A DNA stretch of 64,000 nt, from assembly GCA_963815145.1 (NCBI GenBank), contig CAWFFS010000027.1, forward strand, positions 126,769-190,768, given 5' to 3'. The position numbers and the translations under genes are program-made. The notes below the pieces were generated by a model. It did no database searches, was not told where the DNA came from, and saw nothing but the letters and a program-made list of their open reading frames with translations. Positions 10,535 to 20,626 of this stretch are shown piece by piece; position 1 is the stretch's first letter; every line of letters begins with the position of its first letter. Source of the DNA: an uncultured delta proteobacterium (GTDB lineage Bacteria; Desulfobacterota; DSM-4660; Desulfatiglandales; HGW-15).

Positions 10535-10591
10535 ACACAACCTGTGCCTTCAGGCGACTCGGTTCCCTCGCGCCTGAGGCTGGCGTTGGCA
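10535..10591 (+). other. attC site
   Basis: R'' ACACAAC ... gccttcaggcg/cgcctgaggc stem ... R' GTTGGCA; 57 bp. Confidence 0.9.
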
Positions 10592-10601
10592 TGGTATAAA
10601 A

Positions 10602-11501
10602 ATGACAGATCTATTTACAGTTTTCATCGTTAAAGGAGTATTAGAGCCGTGGCTATCCTCTTCGGACATGGTGTATAGTTCGATTTTGTCTACACTGAAA
10701 AGTCTTCAACTCTCAGTCCCGTATTGTGTCGAGCTTTATGAATCATTCGATAATTTACCCTTGGGAAACAATCTAAATTGTGATGAAATTCGTGTTGTTA
10801 TTTGTCATATAGACAAGAACGCTGAACAAGAAGTGCTGTCCCGAAGGGATGAGTTCCTTTGGGTACTTGTCTCTGGCGGACAACATGCTGTATCAAAGTC
10901 TTTCCGCAATAAAATGCAACATTGTCATGCCATCTGGTTCCAAGGAGCATACAAGCGGGAAGATAATTTTGCACATTGGATAAGACATTGGACAAAACAA
11001 AATTTTGACATTTCCAATTTTAGTACGAGTGAAGATGCGTTATTCTTTGGTGCATCTGGTCCGATGCTGCATCTGAAAAAATTGCAACAAGACCTGCAAC
11101 CACTTATGATAATTATAGAAAGCTTTAATTCTCTTTGCCATATGGCTGATATGAAAATTGATGCTCCCATGATTAATGAATTATCTATGGGGATTTGTGA
11201 AGTAATCAAAACTCCTGCTATGCTTGACATTATAAGCTCAGAAGCCACACTGCTTGATGGTTGGTTAGCTTCCCAAGAGACCTTAGAACCTGAGCGAGTA
11301 AAGTTGATTAGAAATGCATTATATCCATTGATACCACATGATTATGGACATTTTGAAGTCTATAATCCTAAATTAGACATGGATTTAATCGCCCTCGCCG
11401 AGAACAGGCTAACACATGAAAAGATTTTTGAAGTTGTCGATAAATGGCAAGAACGCTTGGCAGTCCTCTCACAACCAAACAAAGACTTATTCCAGCAGTA
11501 A
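10602..11501 (+). CDS. Hypothetical protein, first gene of a two-gene cassette (possible receiver-like N-terminal domain)
   Basis: 299-aa ORF; VVICH...LWVLVSGG alpha/beta pattern. Confidence 0.7.
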   Translation: MTDLFTVFIVKGVLEPWLSSSDMVYSSILSTLKSLQLSVPYCVELYESFDNLPLGNNLNCDEIRVVICHIDKNAEQEVLSRRDEFLWVLVSGGQHAVSKSFRNKMQHCHAIWFQGAYKREDNFAHWIRHWTKQNFDISNFSTSEDALFFGASGPMLHLKKLQQDLQPLMIIIESFNSLCHMADMKIDAPMINELSMGICEVIKTPAMLDIISSEATLLDGWLASQETLEPERVKLIRNALYPLIPHDYGHFEVYNPKLDMDLIALAENRLTHEKIFEVVDKWQERLAVLSQPNKDLFQQ

Positions 11502-11520
11502 TAAAATGGAGATTGAATAG

Positions 11521-12570
11521 ATGGCTATTTATGAAAACCCTTTTACAACAGACACATCTAGAATCCCAATTAATAGGATTTTAGATCGTTCTGATGAGCT
11601 GAAAAGGATCGAAACAATAACCGTAGCACGTAGTGAAAATATATTACTAACCGGTGAGAATGGCATTGGCAAGACCTGTTTACTTAAAAAGTTCAGGTCG
11701 GCACTTTCAACTCAATATCCAGATGATTGCCTTCTAGTAGAAATTGAAATGCTTGGGATGGCGACGACTCCAGATCGATTTATTTCCGGCTTGTTGCTGA
11801 AGCTTTTTGAGGTTGTTTATACCTCTGTGACCAACAAACCATTTTCATCACTACTTGCATATTCATCTACCGCTCGGGACTTTCCAGTATCGTTAGTGCC
11901 AGCCGTAAAGCACATAATTCAGCTGTTCAGAATGGTCAAGGCTAGAGAGACTTCATCCAATGTCGAAGATAAACATAAAATTGGCGCATCACTTGGCCTT
12001 TCTGCTAACAAAGAGGAAAAACTCGGGAAAAGCTATAAATCTGGGGAATTAAGCCCTACGGAACTTCTTTCAATTTCCTACGAACTTCTTGTGCTACTAA
12101 ATGATAAAGGCTTCTCTAGGGTAATAGTTTTCGGTGACGAGGCAAATCATATTTCTCCAGATATAGAGATTGACTTATATCGTAGTAATTTTGAAGCGTT
12201 CTCTTCACGCAACCTCCAGTTTGTTTTTACGGGTGCTCCAAGATTGTTTGAAAAAATACCGCATTTCCATGAGTTATTTCCTAATGCACTGAAAGTAACG
12301 GGTTTTAAAGACACTGCCGCACTTGATGAGCTTATTGACATTAATTGCAAGGAACTTGCTGAATATGGGATTTCTCTCAACTTTCCTTCTGAAATAAGAA
12401 CGATAATTTGGAATATAACATCTGGAAATCCACAGGAAATTCAAAGGATCTGTCGCACTGTCACTGATATTGCAGTGGAAGAATCTCTGTCAGTTGTTAC
12501 AACCGAGCTTATAATTAAGGGATGTTTGGATGTCTATTCTTTTATCCCAAAGAAACTATCGACATTATGA
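11521..12570 (+). CDS. AAA+/STAND-like P-loop ATPase, second gene of the cassette
   Basis: N-terminal ENPF..ILDR..EL, Walker A GENGIGKT, Walker B VIVFGDEAN, TSGNPQEI. Confidence 0.85.
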   Translation: MAIYENPFTTDTSRIPINRILDRSDELKRIETITVARSENILLTGENGIGKTCLLKKFRSALSTQYPDDCLLVEIEMLGMATTPDRFISGLLLKLFEVVYTSVTNKPFSSLLAYSSTARDFPVSLVPAVKHIIQLFRMVKARETSSNVEDKHKIGASLGLSANKEEKLGKSYKSGELSPTELLSISYELLVLLNDKGFSRVIVFGDEANHISPDIEIDLYRSNFEAFSSRNLQFVFTGAPRLFEKIPHFHELFPNALKVTGFKDTAALDELIDINCKELAEYGISLNFPSEIRTIIWNITSGNPQEIQRICRTVTDIAVEESLSVVTTELIIKGCLDVYSFIPKKLSTL

Positions 12571-12573
12571 TTA

Positions 12574-12644
12574 TGCCAACAACCTACTGCACCTGATCGA
12601 TGTTCCGCTGCGCTCCACACCGACAGGTGAGTAGTGCGTTGGGC
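12574..12644 (+). other. attC site
   Basis: R'' TGCCAAC ... ctactgcacctg/caggtgagtag ... R' GTTGGGC. Confidence 0.92.
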
Positions 12645-12707
12645 TACAAAAGAATACAGCGATACAGGGTCGTAATATGCATACCATTTTAATAAAAGGG
12701 GTTAATT

Positions 12708-13901
12708 ATGTCGCACATCATTTCTTTCAAAATTGAAGGTTTGGCTGGACGGAAAGATCCGTTGGAATTGGAATTGAATCGGGACACGAATATCTTCTTT
12801 GGCCCGAATGGAAGCGGCAAAACCTCCCTCCTCAAAATCTTGCATGCGGCCATGGCTAATAATACAGACATATTGGCACGCGTCCCGTTTGTTTCAGCAG
12901 AGGTACACATCTACTCGCTGACTTGGGATAAAGTATTCGTGCGTTCGCTTAAAAAGGCACAAAATATAAAAATTAGCCACTCCAAGGCAAGGAGGGTTGT
13001 TCACAGCGAAGTGCGAATAGGTAAAGATATCGTCCTTGTCGAAGAGCCATATACCGATAAGACGCTTAAATGGTCATGTAGTCCAAAGACTCCTAAAGAG
13101 GCATCCACAACTAGTTGGGCACACGAATATCTATCTACATCGCGACTCCATGTCAGTGACGAACCAATGCCTCCCTTTTTTGAGCCATCGGGTTCCTCAC
13201 GCACTTGGCTAACCGAAGACCAGTTGGATACTTTCTTCGCCCGTTCAGTTGAGAGACTCTGGAATAGATACTCTGCCAAAATCCTTAGCGCTGTACGTGA
13301 AGCTCAAGAGCAAGGCCTTGCAAGTATTTTACGTGCAGTCCTAGCTTCCGAACGCACAAAGGGGAAGCGCAGAAATAGCAAACTCACCAGCGCTACGGCC
13401 TATGAGAGGGTTCATAATTTTTTAAAAAGACAAGGCTCAGCTTCTATTCTTGGATCACGCAAAGACTTTGAAAAGCGGTATGTCGCAGATAACACCTTGC
13501 AGGATGTAGTTCAGGACATTGATGTCGTGGAGAACAAGATTAGGAGTGCCATGAAGTCGCGTGACTCTTTGCAGGAGTTAATTTCCAAAATGTTCATGGC
13601 AAATAAGGAAATCCAATTTTCAGACGAATCCATCGAGGTTAAAACACCATCAGGTGAGAAAATTGGTCTCGCATCGCTTTCATCAGGTGAAAAACATCTG
13701 ATCCGCATACTTGTTCAAGCACTCCTAGTTGGCGAAAGTTCACTTATGATCGATGAGCCAGAGATATCGATGCATGTCGACTGGCAGAAGATCCTTATTG
13801 GATCCATGCGAACACTGAACACCGATGCTCAGTTGATCCTCGCGACTCATTCTCCCGAGATCATGGCTGATGTTGAAGATGACAAGATCTTTCGAATCTA
13901 A
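12708..13901 (+). CDS. ABC/AAA_21-type ATPase (PARIS AriA-like)
   Basis: Walker A GPNGSGKT, signature LSSGE, Walker B LMIDEPE, H-loop ATHS. Confidence 0.88.
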   Translation: MSHIISFKIEGLAGRKDPLELELNRDTNIFFGPNGSGKTSLLKILHAAMANNTDILARVPFVSAEVHIYSLTWDKVFVRSLKKAQNIKISHSKARRVVHSEVRIGKDIVLVEEPYTDKTLKWSCSPKTPKEASTTSWAHEYLSTSRLHVSDEPMPPFFEPSGSSRTWLTEDQLDTFFARSVERLWNRYSAKILSAVREAQEQGLASILRAVLASERTKGKRRNSKLTSATAYERVHNFLKRQGSASILGSRKDFEKRYVADNTLQDVVQDIDVVENKIRSAMKSRDSLQELISKMFMANKEIQFSDESIEVKTPSGEKIGLASLSSGEKHLIRILVQALLVGESSLMIDEPEISMHVDWQKILIGSMRTLNTDAQLILATHSPEIMADVEDDKIFRI

Positions 13902-13913
13902 AAGAAAGGACTT

Positions 13914-14837
13914 ATGATGAACAGACTCCATCACTCATTCTCAGGCCATCTTCGACTAATGCAAATGTCGACAACCCAATTATTCATCTTCGTTGAAGGC
14001 AAACAGTGTGACCCATATTTTTTCGCAAGCATTTGCTCTGCAACATTGGACGATCGTTTGAAATACGAAATTGCCATAGCACGACAACTCCCAGGAGATA
14101 CTGGCGGTAAACAGGCATTAATCTCGTTTTTCGAATTTCTCCGAATGCGAAAATCACTGTTTTCTGACTTAGGTGGCCAAAAAACTACTTGCTTGTTCTT
14201 TCTTGATAAAGATATTGACGATCTTCAACGAAGAAAACTTCGCTCTCGTCATGTTGTCTACACTCAGCACTACGATGTGCAGAACTATATCTTTAAACAC
14301 GGAAATCTTGTAACGGGGACCTCGGCAGCGGCATCGATCGATCCAAGGAGGATCGATCGACAACTGACCGATGCTTCAGAGTGGTGCCGAAAAGCTGCTT
14401 CACTCTGGCGAGATTGGATTGCGCTCTGTCTCAGAATGCTGGAGGATGGAATTCCATGTGAAGCGAACTACAGAGTTTTATCTCCCATACAAACACGTTA
14501 CTGTGGCCCAACAGATATAAATTTACATTTAGAAATCACCCGAAGGTTGGCTCGGCGAAATAGAATTCCCGTTTCTGATCTGAGACGTAGAATTGAATTA
14601 TCAAGAAGGAAAGTAAGCAGGTATTTCGCGAAGGAGGAACATCACCGTATATTCAAAGGCAAGTGGTTTGCAATAATCCTTGCGGACGATGTCGACCGAA
14701 TTATGGCTGGAGACCCATATGACAACAATGGTCTCCCTGGGCGGTTGCCATCTGCGATCGCTGCCACTCTAGACTTTACAGAAGCATGGACGGAATACTT
14801 CAAGCAACCTTTACGAGAAATCAGTATGGAACTTTGA
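13914..14837 (+). CDS. DUF4435/TOPRIM-like nuclease (PARIS AriB-like)
   Basis: FVEG..D, GGK, DKDID, Y.(D/E)NY-like YDVQNY and KGKW motifs; directly downstream of the ABC ATPase. Confidence 0.78.
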   Translation: MMNRLHHSFSGHLRLMQMSTTQLFIFVEGKQCDPYFFASICSATLDDRLKYEIAIARQLPGDTGGKQALISFFEFLRMRKSLFSDLGGQKTTCLFFLDKDIDDLQRRKLRSRHVVYTQHYDVQNYIFKHGNLVTGTSAAASIDPRRIDRQLTDASEWCRKAASLWRDWIALCLRMLEDGIPCEANYRVLSPIQTRYCGPTDINLHLEITRRLARRNRIPVSDLRRRIELSRRKVSRYFAKEEHHRIFKGKWFAIILADDVDRIMAGDPYDNNGLPGRLPSAIAATLDFTEAWTEYFKQPLREISMEL

Positions 14838-15061
14838 AGTTAGTATATGGAAAGAGGGACGACCATAAAAATCTAAATAACTTAAAAAATCAGGTTTAAC
14901 CGGTTGTTGAATATGTGTAATCTCAACTTTCATAATAAAATTAAGGTGATGTGAGGATTCTTGGGTAATCTATTTATTTTGAACAAAACCATCTTTATGT
15001 ATAACATACAAAAAGTAATAATATCCAGAACAGGAGAATAACTTGTTGACCGGAGGGAACA

Positions 15062-15571
15062 ATGAAAGGAAGGATAAAAGCAGGCGAAGGAACTTTGGTC
15101 GGTAACGCTGGGGAATTCTATGTTGTGGCAGAGCTTTTAAAACGAGGTGTAATCGCCGCTCTCGCCCCCCGAAATTCGCCAGCGTTCGACATCCTTGCCA
15201 CAAAGGATGAGAAAACGTTTCGTATTCGTGTTAAGACAAAGTCTGAGCAATATGACAATTGGCAATGGGTTGCTAAAAAGGATGGCTCTCTTTTTCGAGA
15301 GCTCTCAGACCATGATGACTTTACTATTCTTGTTAACCTGACAATGGAGACGAAGGATCTCGCCTTTTTTATCGTTCCGACTTCAACTCTCAACAAGTGG
15401 CTGAATGATGATTTTGAAAATTGGAAGGCGACACCTGGGAAAAATGGGCGTCCGCATGATCCGACTAACAAAAAGCGTAATCTCCCATACTCGAAATACG
15501 CCGATAGGCTTAAAAATGAATGGGATATAATGTGGCAGGCACGCCAACCCGGCGTTCAAGCAGAGCGCTAA
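15062..15571 (+). CDS. PD-(D/E)XK nuclease-fold protein
   Basis: GNAGEFYVVAELLKRG...FDILA...IRVKT pattern; the stop lies inside an attC. Confidence 0.7.
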   Translation: MKGRIKAGEGTLVGNAGEFYVVAELLKRGVIAALAPRNSPAFDILATKDEKTFRIRVKTKSEQYDNWQWVAKKDGSLFRELSDHDDFTILVNLTMETKDLAFFIVPTSTLNKWLNDDFENWKATPGKNGRPHDPTNKKRNLPYSKYADRLKNEWDIMWQARQPGVQAER

Positions 15572-15601
15572 CAGCTGCGCCTGCTTAACTTACAGTTCGG
15601 G
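15542..15601 (+). other. attC site
   Basis: R'' CGCCAAC ... gttcaagcag/ctgcttaac ... R' GTTCGGG. Confidence 0.82.
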
Positions 15602-15609
15602 CGAGAGAA

Positions 15610-16011
15610 ATGAGTGGAACTAGGATAATTATAGGGTTTATTTGCGTTGTCATGGGAATTTTATCACCATATTACTATGCCATATCCATGAACGACGATC
15701 TCAATAAACTTGGCTTATTTGTAATGACAGCCATTGCTGGTGGGCTTGTGTTTCTCGTCTTCGTCTTCAGCCTAAAGCTATTTAAGTCATTAGCCAAGCA
15801 GATTATATTTGGCACAATTGGATGCTATGTATCCTTCTTTATGTTAATTTTCATTATTGCTGTTTTGACAGGAGATTTCCAAGAAACGATAAAGTGGTAT
15901 ATCCCAATTATGCTGATAGTTGGAATTCCCTACACGACTCCACTTGTGGGAGTGGTATGTTTAGGAACATTTTTAATATTTGGAAAAAGAAGTCAACCCG
16001 AACAAAATTAA
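15610..16011 (+). CDS. Integral membrane protein with ~4 TM segments (cassette)
   Basis: Hydrophobic segments; flanked by attC sites. Confidence 0.75.
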   Translation: MSGTRIIIGFICVVMGILSPYYYAISMNDDLNKLGLFVMTAIAGGLVFLVFVFSLKLFKSLAKQIIFGTIGCYVSFFMLIFIIAVLTGDFQETIKWYIPIMLIVGIPYTTPLVGVVCLGTFLIFGKRSQPEQN

Positions 16012-16124
16012 CTCAGACCGGGCGACTCTCTTGCCAGATCGGGGTTGAGTGCAACATAGAATCAATTGATGTTGGTAAACATCTAAAATTCTAAACCGCC
16101 CGGCTGGTTATTTAGGTGTTCTGA
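15997..16124 (+). other. attC site
   Basis: R'' CCCGAAC (complements GTTCGGG) ... ccgggcg/cgcccgg ... R' GTTCTGA. Confidence 0.88.
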
Positions 16125-16129
16125 GTCAA

Positions 16130-16417
16130 TTGAAAATTAATTGCGGCAAAGGAGAATTAAAGGCCATGAAAAGTGCTACTGTAAAAAAAGGGAATATGCC
16201 AGCCCACAAAGGACACACAGAGTATTTCGAGGGATTGTCCTTTGCGGAACAGGCAAAGTCAATAAATGCAACAATGGCTTATGCATCAAAGGCAATAAAG
16301 GCACATCTGAGGAAAGCCAAAATAGAAAAAAGAAACATACGTTCAGTCCATGATAAATGTATTGGGCAGGTCAGTAGGTTGCTTCAGCGCATAGAAGCAA
16401 TCAAAATAAAAGAATAA
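16130..16417 (+). CDS. Small basic hypothetical protein (cassette; likely start is the ATG at 16166)
   Basis: ORF between attC sites with a ggag RBS before the internal ATG. Confidence 0.65.
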   Translation: MKINCGKGELKAMKSATVKKGNMPAHKGHTEYFEGLSFAEQAKSINATMAYASKAIKAHLRKAKIEKRNIRSVHDKCIGQVSRLLQRIEAIKIKE

Positions 16418-16456
16418 TAGTAAGGCCATAGCAGCCAAGGAAAAAATAGAAAAACC

Positions 16457-16583
16457 TCAGAACAAGTCGCTTAACTAAGACTGGCTACTATCTTGCCGAA
16501 TCGACCTTTTGTGGTTTGCAGAAGAAGTTCTTTTAATAATCTTTTGTGGTTGGCACCGCCAGCTTGTTAGCGTGCCGTTCGGC
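16457..16583 (+). other. attC site
   Basis: R'' TCAGAAC (complements GTTCTGA) ... R' GTTCGGC; shares internal cttgccgaatcga with the attC at 9169. Confidence 0.88.
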
Positions 16584-16600
16584 AATATAAGGAAAATTTA

Positions 16601-17047
16601 ATGAATCGGTCGATATGGTCGCCATCACCAATAAGAAAAGGTACTCTCTTTGGAACTCTAAATTATGAGCTTTCAAGGCTTGACCGAACATATGAGGATA
16701 TTCTTCCTGATTTTAGTGATGCAAAAACTCTATTAATTGGGTCAGATTATAGTGGCGAATCATTTAATGCTCCTTATGTGGTATTTTCTTTTCTTTTAAC
16801 TTCATTGGAATCGTGGGCGAGGTGGGAATCATACCGCCTTCAGATAAGGAAAAAGTTTTTTTCTGATTCACGGCGTATGTCCTTTAAAAAACTTTCAGAT
16901 CGACAACGTAGTCAGGCACTGCCATATTTTTTGGAAGCAGCCAATTCTTTAGATGGCTTATTGATTTCTGTAGCTTTGAACAAAAAATGTAATCCTATTT
17001 TTGATAACAAACCTCCCATTGACTTAAGCAATCCTGATTTTAAAGCG
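16601..17047 (+). pseudogene. Cassette ORF truncated at the RAYT element left end
   Basis: The ORF reads into the terminal repeat at 17048; no 3' half or attC appears on the far side. Confidence 0.7.
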
Positions 17048-18141
17048 GGACGCTCTTCATTATTACAGTTGACAGGCTGGTTGGATAGGAATAAATTGAT
17101 CCAATGTCAAGGACAGCCAGATTAGACGCCCCAGGGGTATTACATCATGTAATGATCCGTGGGATAGAAGGAATGAAAATCTTTCGTAACAATAAAGATC
17201 GTGAAGACTTTATTTGAAAGACTTTTGCAGCTATGTCCTGAGATGAGTATAAAATGCTATGCATGGGCATTTATGTCCAACCATGCCCATTTTCTAATCC
17301 GTACAGGCGAAAACCCATTATCCAGATTTATGAGACGCCTTCTTACTGGTTATGTCATAGGGTTTAATTTCAGACATAAAAGAAGAGGGCAGTTATTTCA
17401 GAACCGGTACAAATCTATAGTATGCCAGGAAGATATATATCTAATTGAACTGGTCCGGTATATTCACCTGAACCCGGTTCGGGCAGGAATTGTTAATACC
17501 CTGGATGAATTGAAGAAATACAAATATTGCGGTCATGGGGCAATAATGAGTGGATTGAAATCTGACTGGCAGGATACAGATTATGTTCTGGGGCATTTTG
17601 GAAAGAATAAAAGAAGAGCCAGAGAAAGAATATGAAACTTTTGTTAAAAAGGGACTAAACCAGGGCCGAAATAATGAGTTGACCGGCGGTGGTCTTATAA
17701 GAAGTCTTGGGGGTTGGACAGAAGCAAAGGAAAAACTAAAAGCCGGCGCTCATATTATGAGCGATGAAAGGATACTCGGAGATTCTGATTTTGTTGATTC
17801 GATGATCACCCAATCTGAAGAAAACTATGAGAGGAGACACAGGTTAAAACAGCAAGGGTATGATCTGGAAGGTATATCGGAAAGGGTTGCTGAAGTATTA
17901 GAAATTGAACTGGATGAAGTGTTTTCCAAGGGGAGGCAGGAGAAGAAAGTAAAGGCAAGAAGTCTACTATGCTATTGGTCATCAAGGGAGTTGGGCATAT
18001 CCCATACCTCACTGGCAAGAAGACTGGAAATGAGTATATCAAATATTGGCTTATCAGTTGAGCGCGGGGAGTTAATAGCCAGGGAAGGTAAATATACACT
18101 TGAAAAGCAAGATTAAGATAATGGAATAATGAAGAGCGTCC
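17048..18141 (+). mobile_element. RAYT/TnpA(Y1) HUH transposase element with perfect 17-bp terminal inverted repeats; CDS 17104-18116 has two frameshifts
   Basis: ggacgctcttcattatt / aataatgaagagcgtcc; RLDAPGVLHHVMIRG, MSNHAH, LFQNRYKS, YIHLNPVRAG; C-terminal HTH. Confidence 0.9.
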
Positions 18142-18159
18142 TTATTTACTATTTATATA

Positions 18160-18841
18160 TAAAGGACGGGTTTACGTTCCTCGGGCAAAGTTTCCGGAAG
18201 CATGGCAGAGTATTGCACATTACGCCATCAAAGGAGGGAGTCCTCGCCCTCAAGCGGAAACTGGGAACCTTAATCCGGAAACACGTCGGAGCACCGATGC
18301 CGGTCCTGATCAAGAAGCTGAATGACGCGCTTCGTGGCTGGGGCAACTACCATAAACATATAGTGGCATCGGACGCATTTGATCATGTTGACAAATATGT
18401 ATATGATCAATTATGGAACATGGTTAAACGCAGACACAGGAAGAAATCCAAAGACTGACTAAAGGAGCATTACTGGTCAGCCGCCGGAAATAAAGGTGTG
18501 TTTGCGGTTAAAGCCAAAAATGAGAAAAACGTCGAAAAGGTGTATAGAGTTTTTCAAGTTTGTTCCATTATAATCAGAAGATACATTAAGATCAAAGCTG
18601 ATGCAAATCCTTACTTGTCAGAGTTTGCTAAGTATTATTATCGCAGAAGACATGATAAGGAAAGTAAGCTGCTTGGTGCCAGGAGTTCAAGAGAATATCT
18701 GGCTCTAAAAGCAGCCTAATGTTAACACAGCCTGGCCGCCCCACAAGGGTTGCCTTTGGGATGCTTGAGCCGTATGACGGGAAACTGTCACGTACGGTTC
18801 TTAGGGGGGAATGGGGTGGTAACACCCCTGACCTACCCGAT
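18160..18841 (+). mobile_element. Group II intron 3' remnant (RT domain 7 and maturase X, with an in-frame stop at 18456; DV/DVI at 18767-18841)
   Basis: DGFTFLG, LRGWGNY, IKADANPY; DV gagccgtatgacgggaaactgtcacgtacggttc; 3' end ...cctacccgat. Confidence 0.9.
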
Positions 18842-19712
18842 CATCAATAGGATTACTCTAGTGGAAAAAGAGAAACAAACAAGTGGAGATTTATGGGCAT
18901 GGTTCCCTGGAGGAAGTCCAGAACGCATAATTTTACAAAAAGCATTTGAGGAATCTAAAAACGACATACAGGCATTAAAGAACTTAGAAAATAAAGTGCT
19001 CGAAAAAGTAAGAGAACTAGAATCTCAGAGGAAATTCGCGTTTGCTGCGGACCTCTATTTGCTTGTCCAGGAAATAAGAGCGTCCTTGGGAATGGATGCC
19101 AGCCTAATAATGTGGGCTAGGGAGTGTGCTGCAGATTCCTTTTCGAAAGCTAAAGAATGGGGCTTAGCCCCTATTTATTACCGCGGTGTTGTTTACAAAT
19201 CTCGCCGCTCTGGTGAATTTGATGATGAACTTATGCTTCAATATTTTAAGCTAAAGTCTGCTGAACGTAATTTCCTTCGGACATCCAAACGCTGGGGGAG
19301 ATGGCTAACATACTGGATTTGGGGTATTACCTCAGGATTCGGCACCTCTTATAAAAGACTTATGTTTACAGTGCTCATGGTTTTGCTTATCTGCGCCCAC
19401 TTATTTTTTCTTGGAACAACATTAACTGGAGGACACTTCATTTCTGGTAAATCTGCTATCACATATTTAGACCATATTTATTTTAGTGTCGTAGTATTTT
19501 CAAGCTTGGGTTTCGGGGACTTATGGCCTGTTCATCCAGTTGCAAAGTTATTAGTAGTGCTGGAAGTGTTACTTGGTTTGGTCATTCTAGGCTTATTCAT
19601 ATCTATTCTTTCTAGAAGAATCACACTCATAGGGACAGTTGACTTAAGCTTAAAAAATCGTTGGAAAGAGGCGCGCAAATTAATGAAGTACAGTAGTAAA
19701 ACTAAGAAATAG
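18842..19712 (+). pseudogene. Potassium-channel (Ion_trans_2-like) domain protein; 5' end lost at the intron junction (cassette)
   Basis: YFSVVVFSSLGFGDLWP pore-loop motif flanked by TM helices; the predicted start at 18750 lies inside the intron. Confidence 0.7.
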
Positions 19713-19774
19713 GATTCATAGGAACAAAGGCGGATAAATTTTTTCAATGAAAGCGAATAAAGCAGAAAATTTTT

Positions 19775-19834
19775 GCCCAACAATTTTTTACAGCGGATCG
19801 CAAAAAACCGCGTCCGCTGAAAAACACGTTGGGC
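19775..19834 (+). other. attC site
   Basis: R'' GCCCAAC ... cagcgga/tccgctg ... R' GTTGGGC. Confidence 0.92.
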
Positions 19835-19884
19835 TTCCTGCGAGCCAAGCCTCTCTGAAGTTGCCAATGCTAAGGTGAAAAGCT

Positions 19885-20544
19885 ATGAGCGAAGGTTGGA
19901 TCTACATTGTAAGTACTCTTACATACGCTGAGAAAGATTTCTATAAGATTGGTAGGACGACTCAATCTCCAGAGGTGAGGGCGAAACAACTATCACAAGC
20001 CACGGGCGTTCCAGAGAAATTCATAGTCCATTTTGCCAAGGATGTTTCTGATTGTGAGCTGGCTGAACGAATGATCCATGAAAGGCTAAATTCCTGTCGA
20101 TATAGAGCGGACAGGGAGTTCTTTGCCATTTCATTGGAGAATGCAAAGGCAGTTGTTAACGAGGTGGCGGAAGAAATTGGTGCAGCACTCGCATTCGATG
20201 AAGAAGTGAATTCTCCGAACCTCTCAAAATACTTGAGCCTCAAACATAAAGATAGAAAACCATCAAGTTCCGCCGATGTGTCCAAGTTGGCAGAAAATCT
20301 TCTTTCCAACCATTACACCAAAATCAGGGACTTGGAAAGAATTTTGGAAAGAAGCAGAAGCGCTCTACGCGAATATGAAAAGAAGGCTCGAAAGGGAATA
20401 CTTCTATCTCAAGTAATGGCAACTCGAATCTCTCTGGAGTTGTGCGATGCAGGATTCCACGACCGAATCGGGGAACGATATCCCCTTCACGGTTTAAGAG
20501 TTGTAGACATGCTTGAGCAATTCCGAAAGCTTGTAACGGAGTAA
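19885..20544 (+). CDS. GIY-YIG nuclease, T5orf172-like (cassette)
   Basis: GWIYI...YKIGRT...R...L...TGVP..F...E..IH..L...R...REFF. Confidence 0.85.
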   Translation: MSEGWIYIVSTLTYAEKDFYKIGRTTQSPEVRAKQLSQATGVPEKFIVHFAKDVSDCELAERMIHERLNSCRYRADREFFAISLENAKAVVNEVAEEIGAALAFDEEVNSPNLSKYLSLKHKDRKPSSSADVSKLAENLLSNHYTKIRDLERILERSRSALREYEKKARKGILLSQVMATRISLELCDAGFHDRIGERYPLHGLRVVDMLEQFRKLVTE

Positions 20545-20553
20545 TGAATGTCT

Positions 20554-20618
20554 GGGCCACAAGCTTTATGGAATAGCCAGTCCGTGCCAGTTCGCGCGGT
20601 CATCTTAGCTAGTTGGGG
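20554..20618 (+). other. Degenerate attC site
   Basis: R' GTTGGGG with aagct/agct arms; R'' is mutated (GGGCCAC). Confidence 0.45.
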
Positions 20619-20626
20619 TTTTAAAA

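Noticed and set aside
18456..18458. In-frame TGA in the intron ORF as selenocysteine
   Set aside because: The position fits a Trp (TGG>TGA) in a decayed element, and no SECIS-like hairpin follows.
18129..18719. RT fragment as a retron, DGR or defence RT
   Set aside because: Maturase X motifs and an adjacent DV/DVI identify it as a group II intron remnant; no template/variable repeat pair was seen.
18750..18841. Predicted N-terminus of the 320-aa channel ORF
   Set aside because: It lies within the group II intron 3' end (DV/DVI); the read-through is fortuitous.
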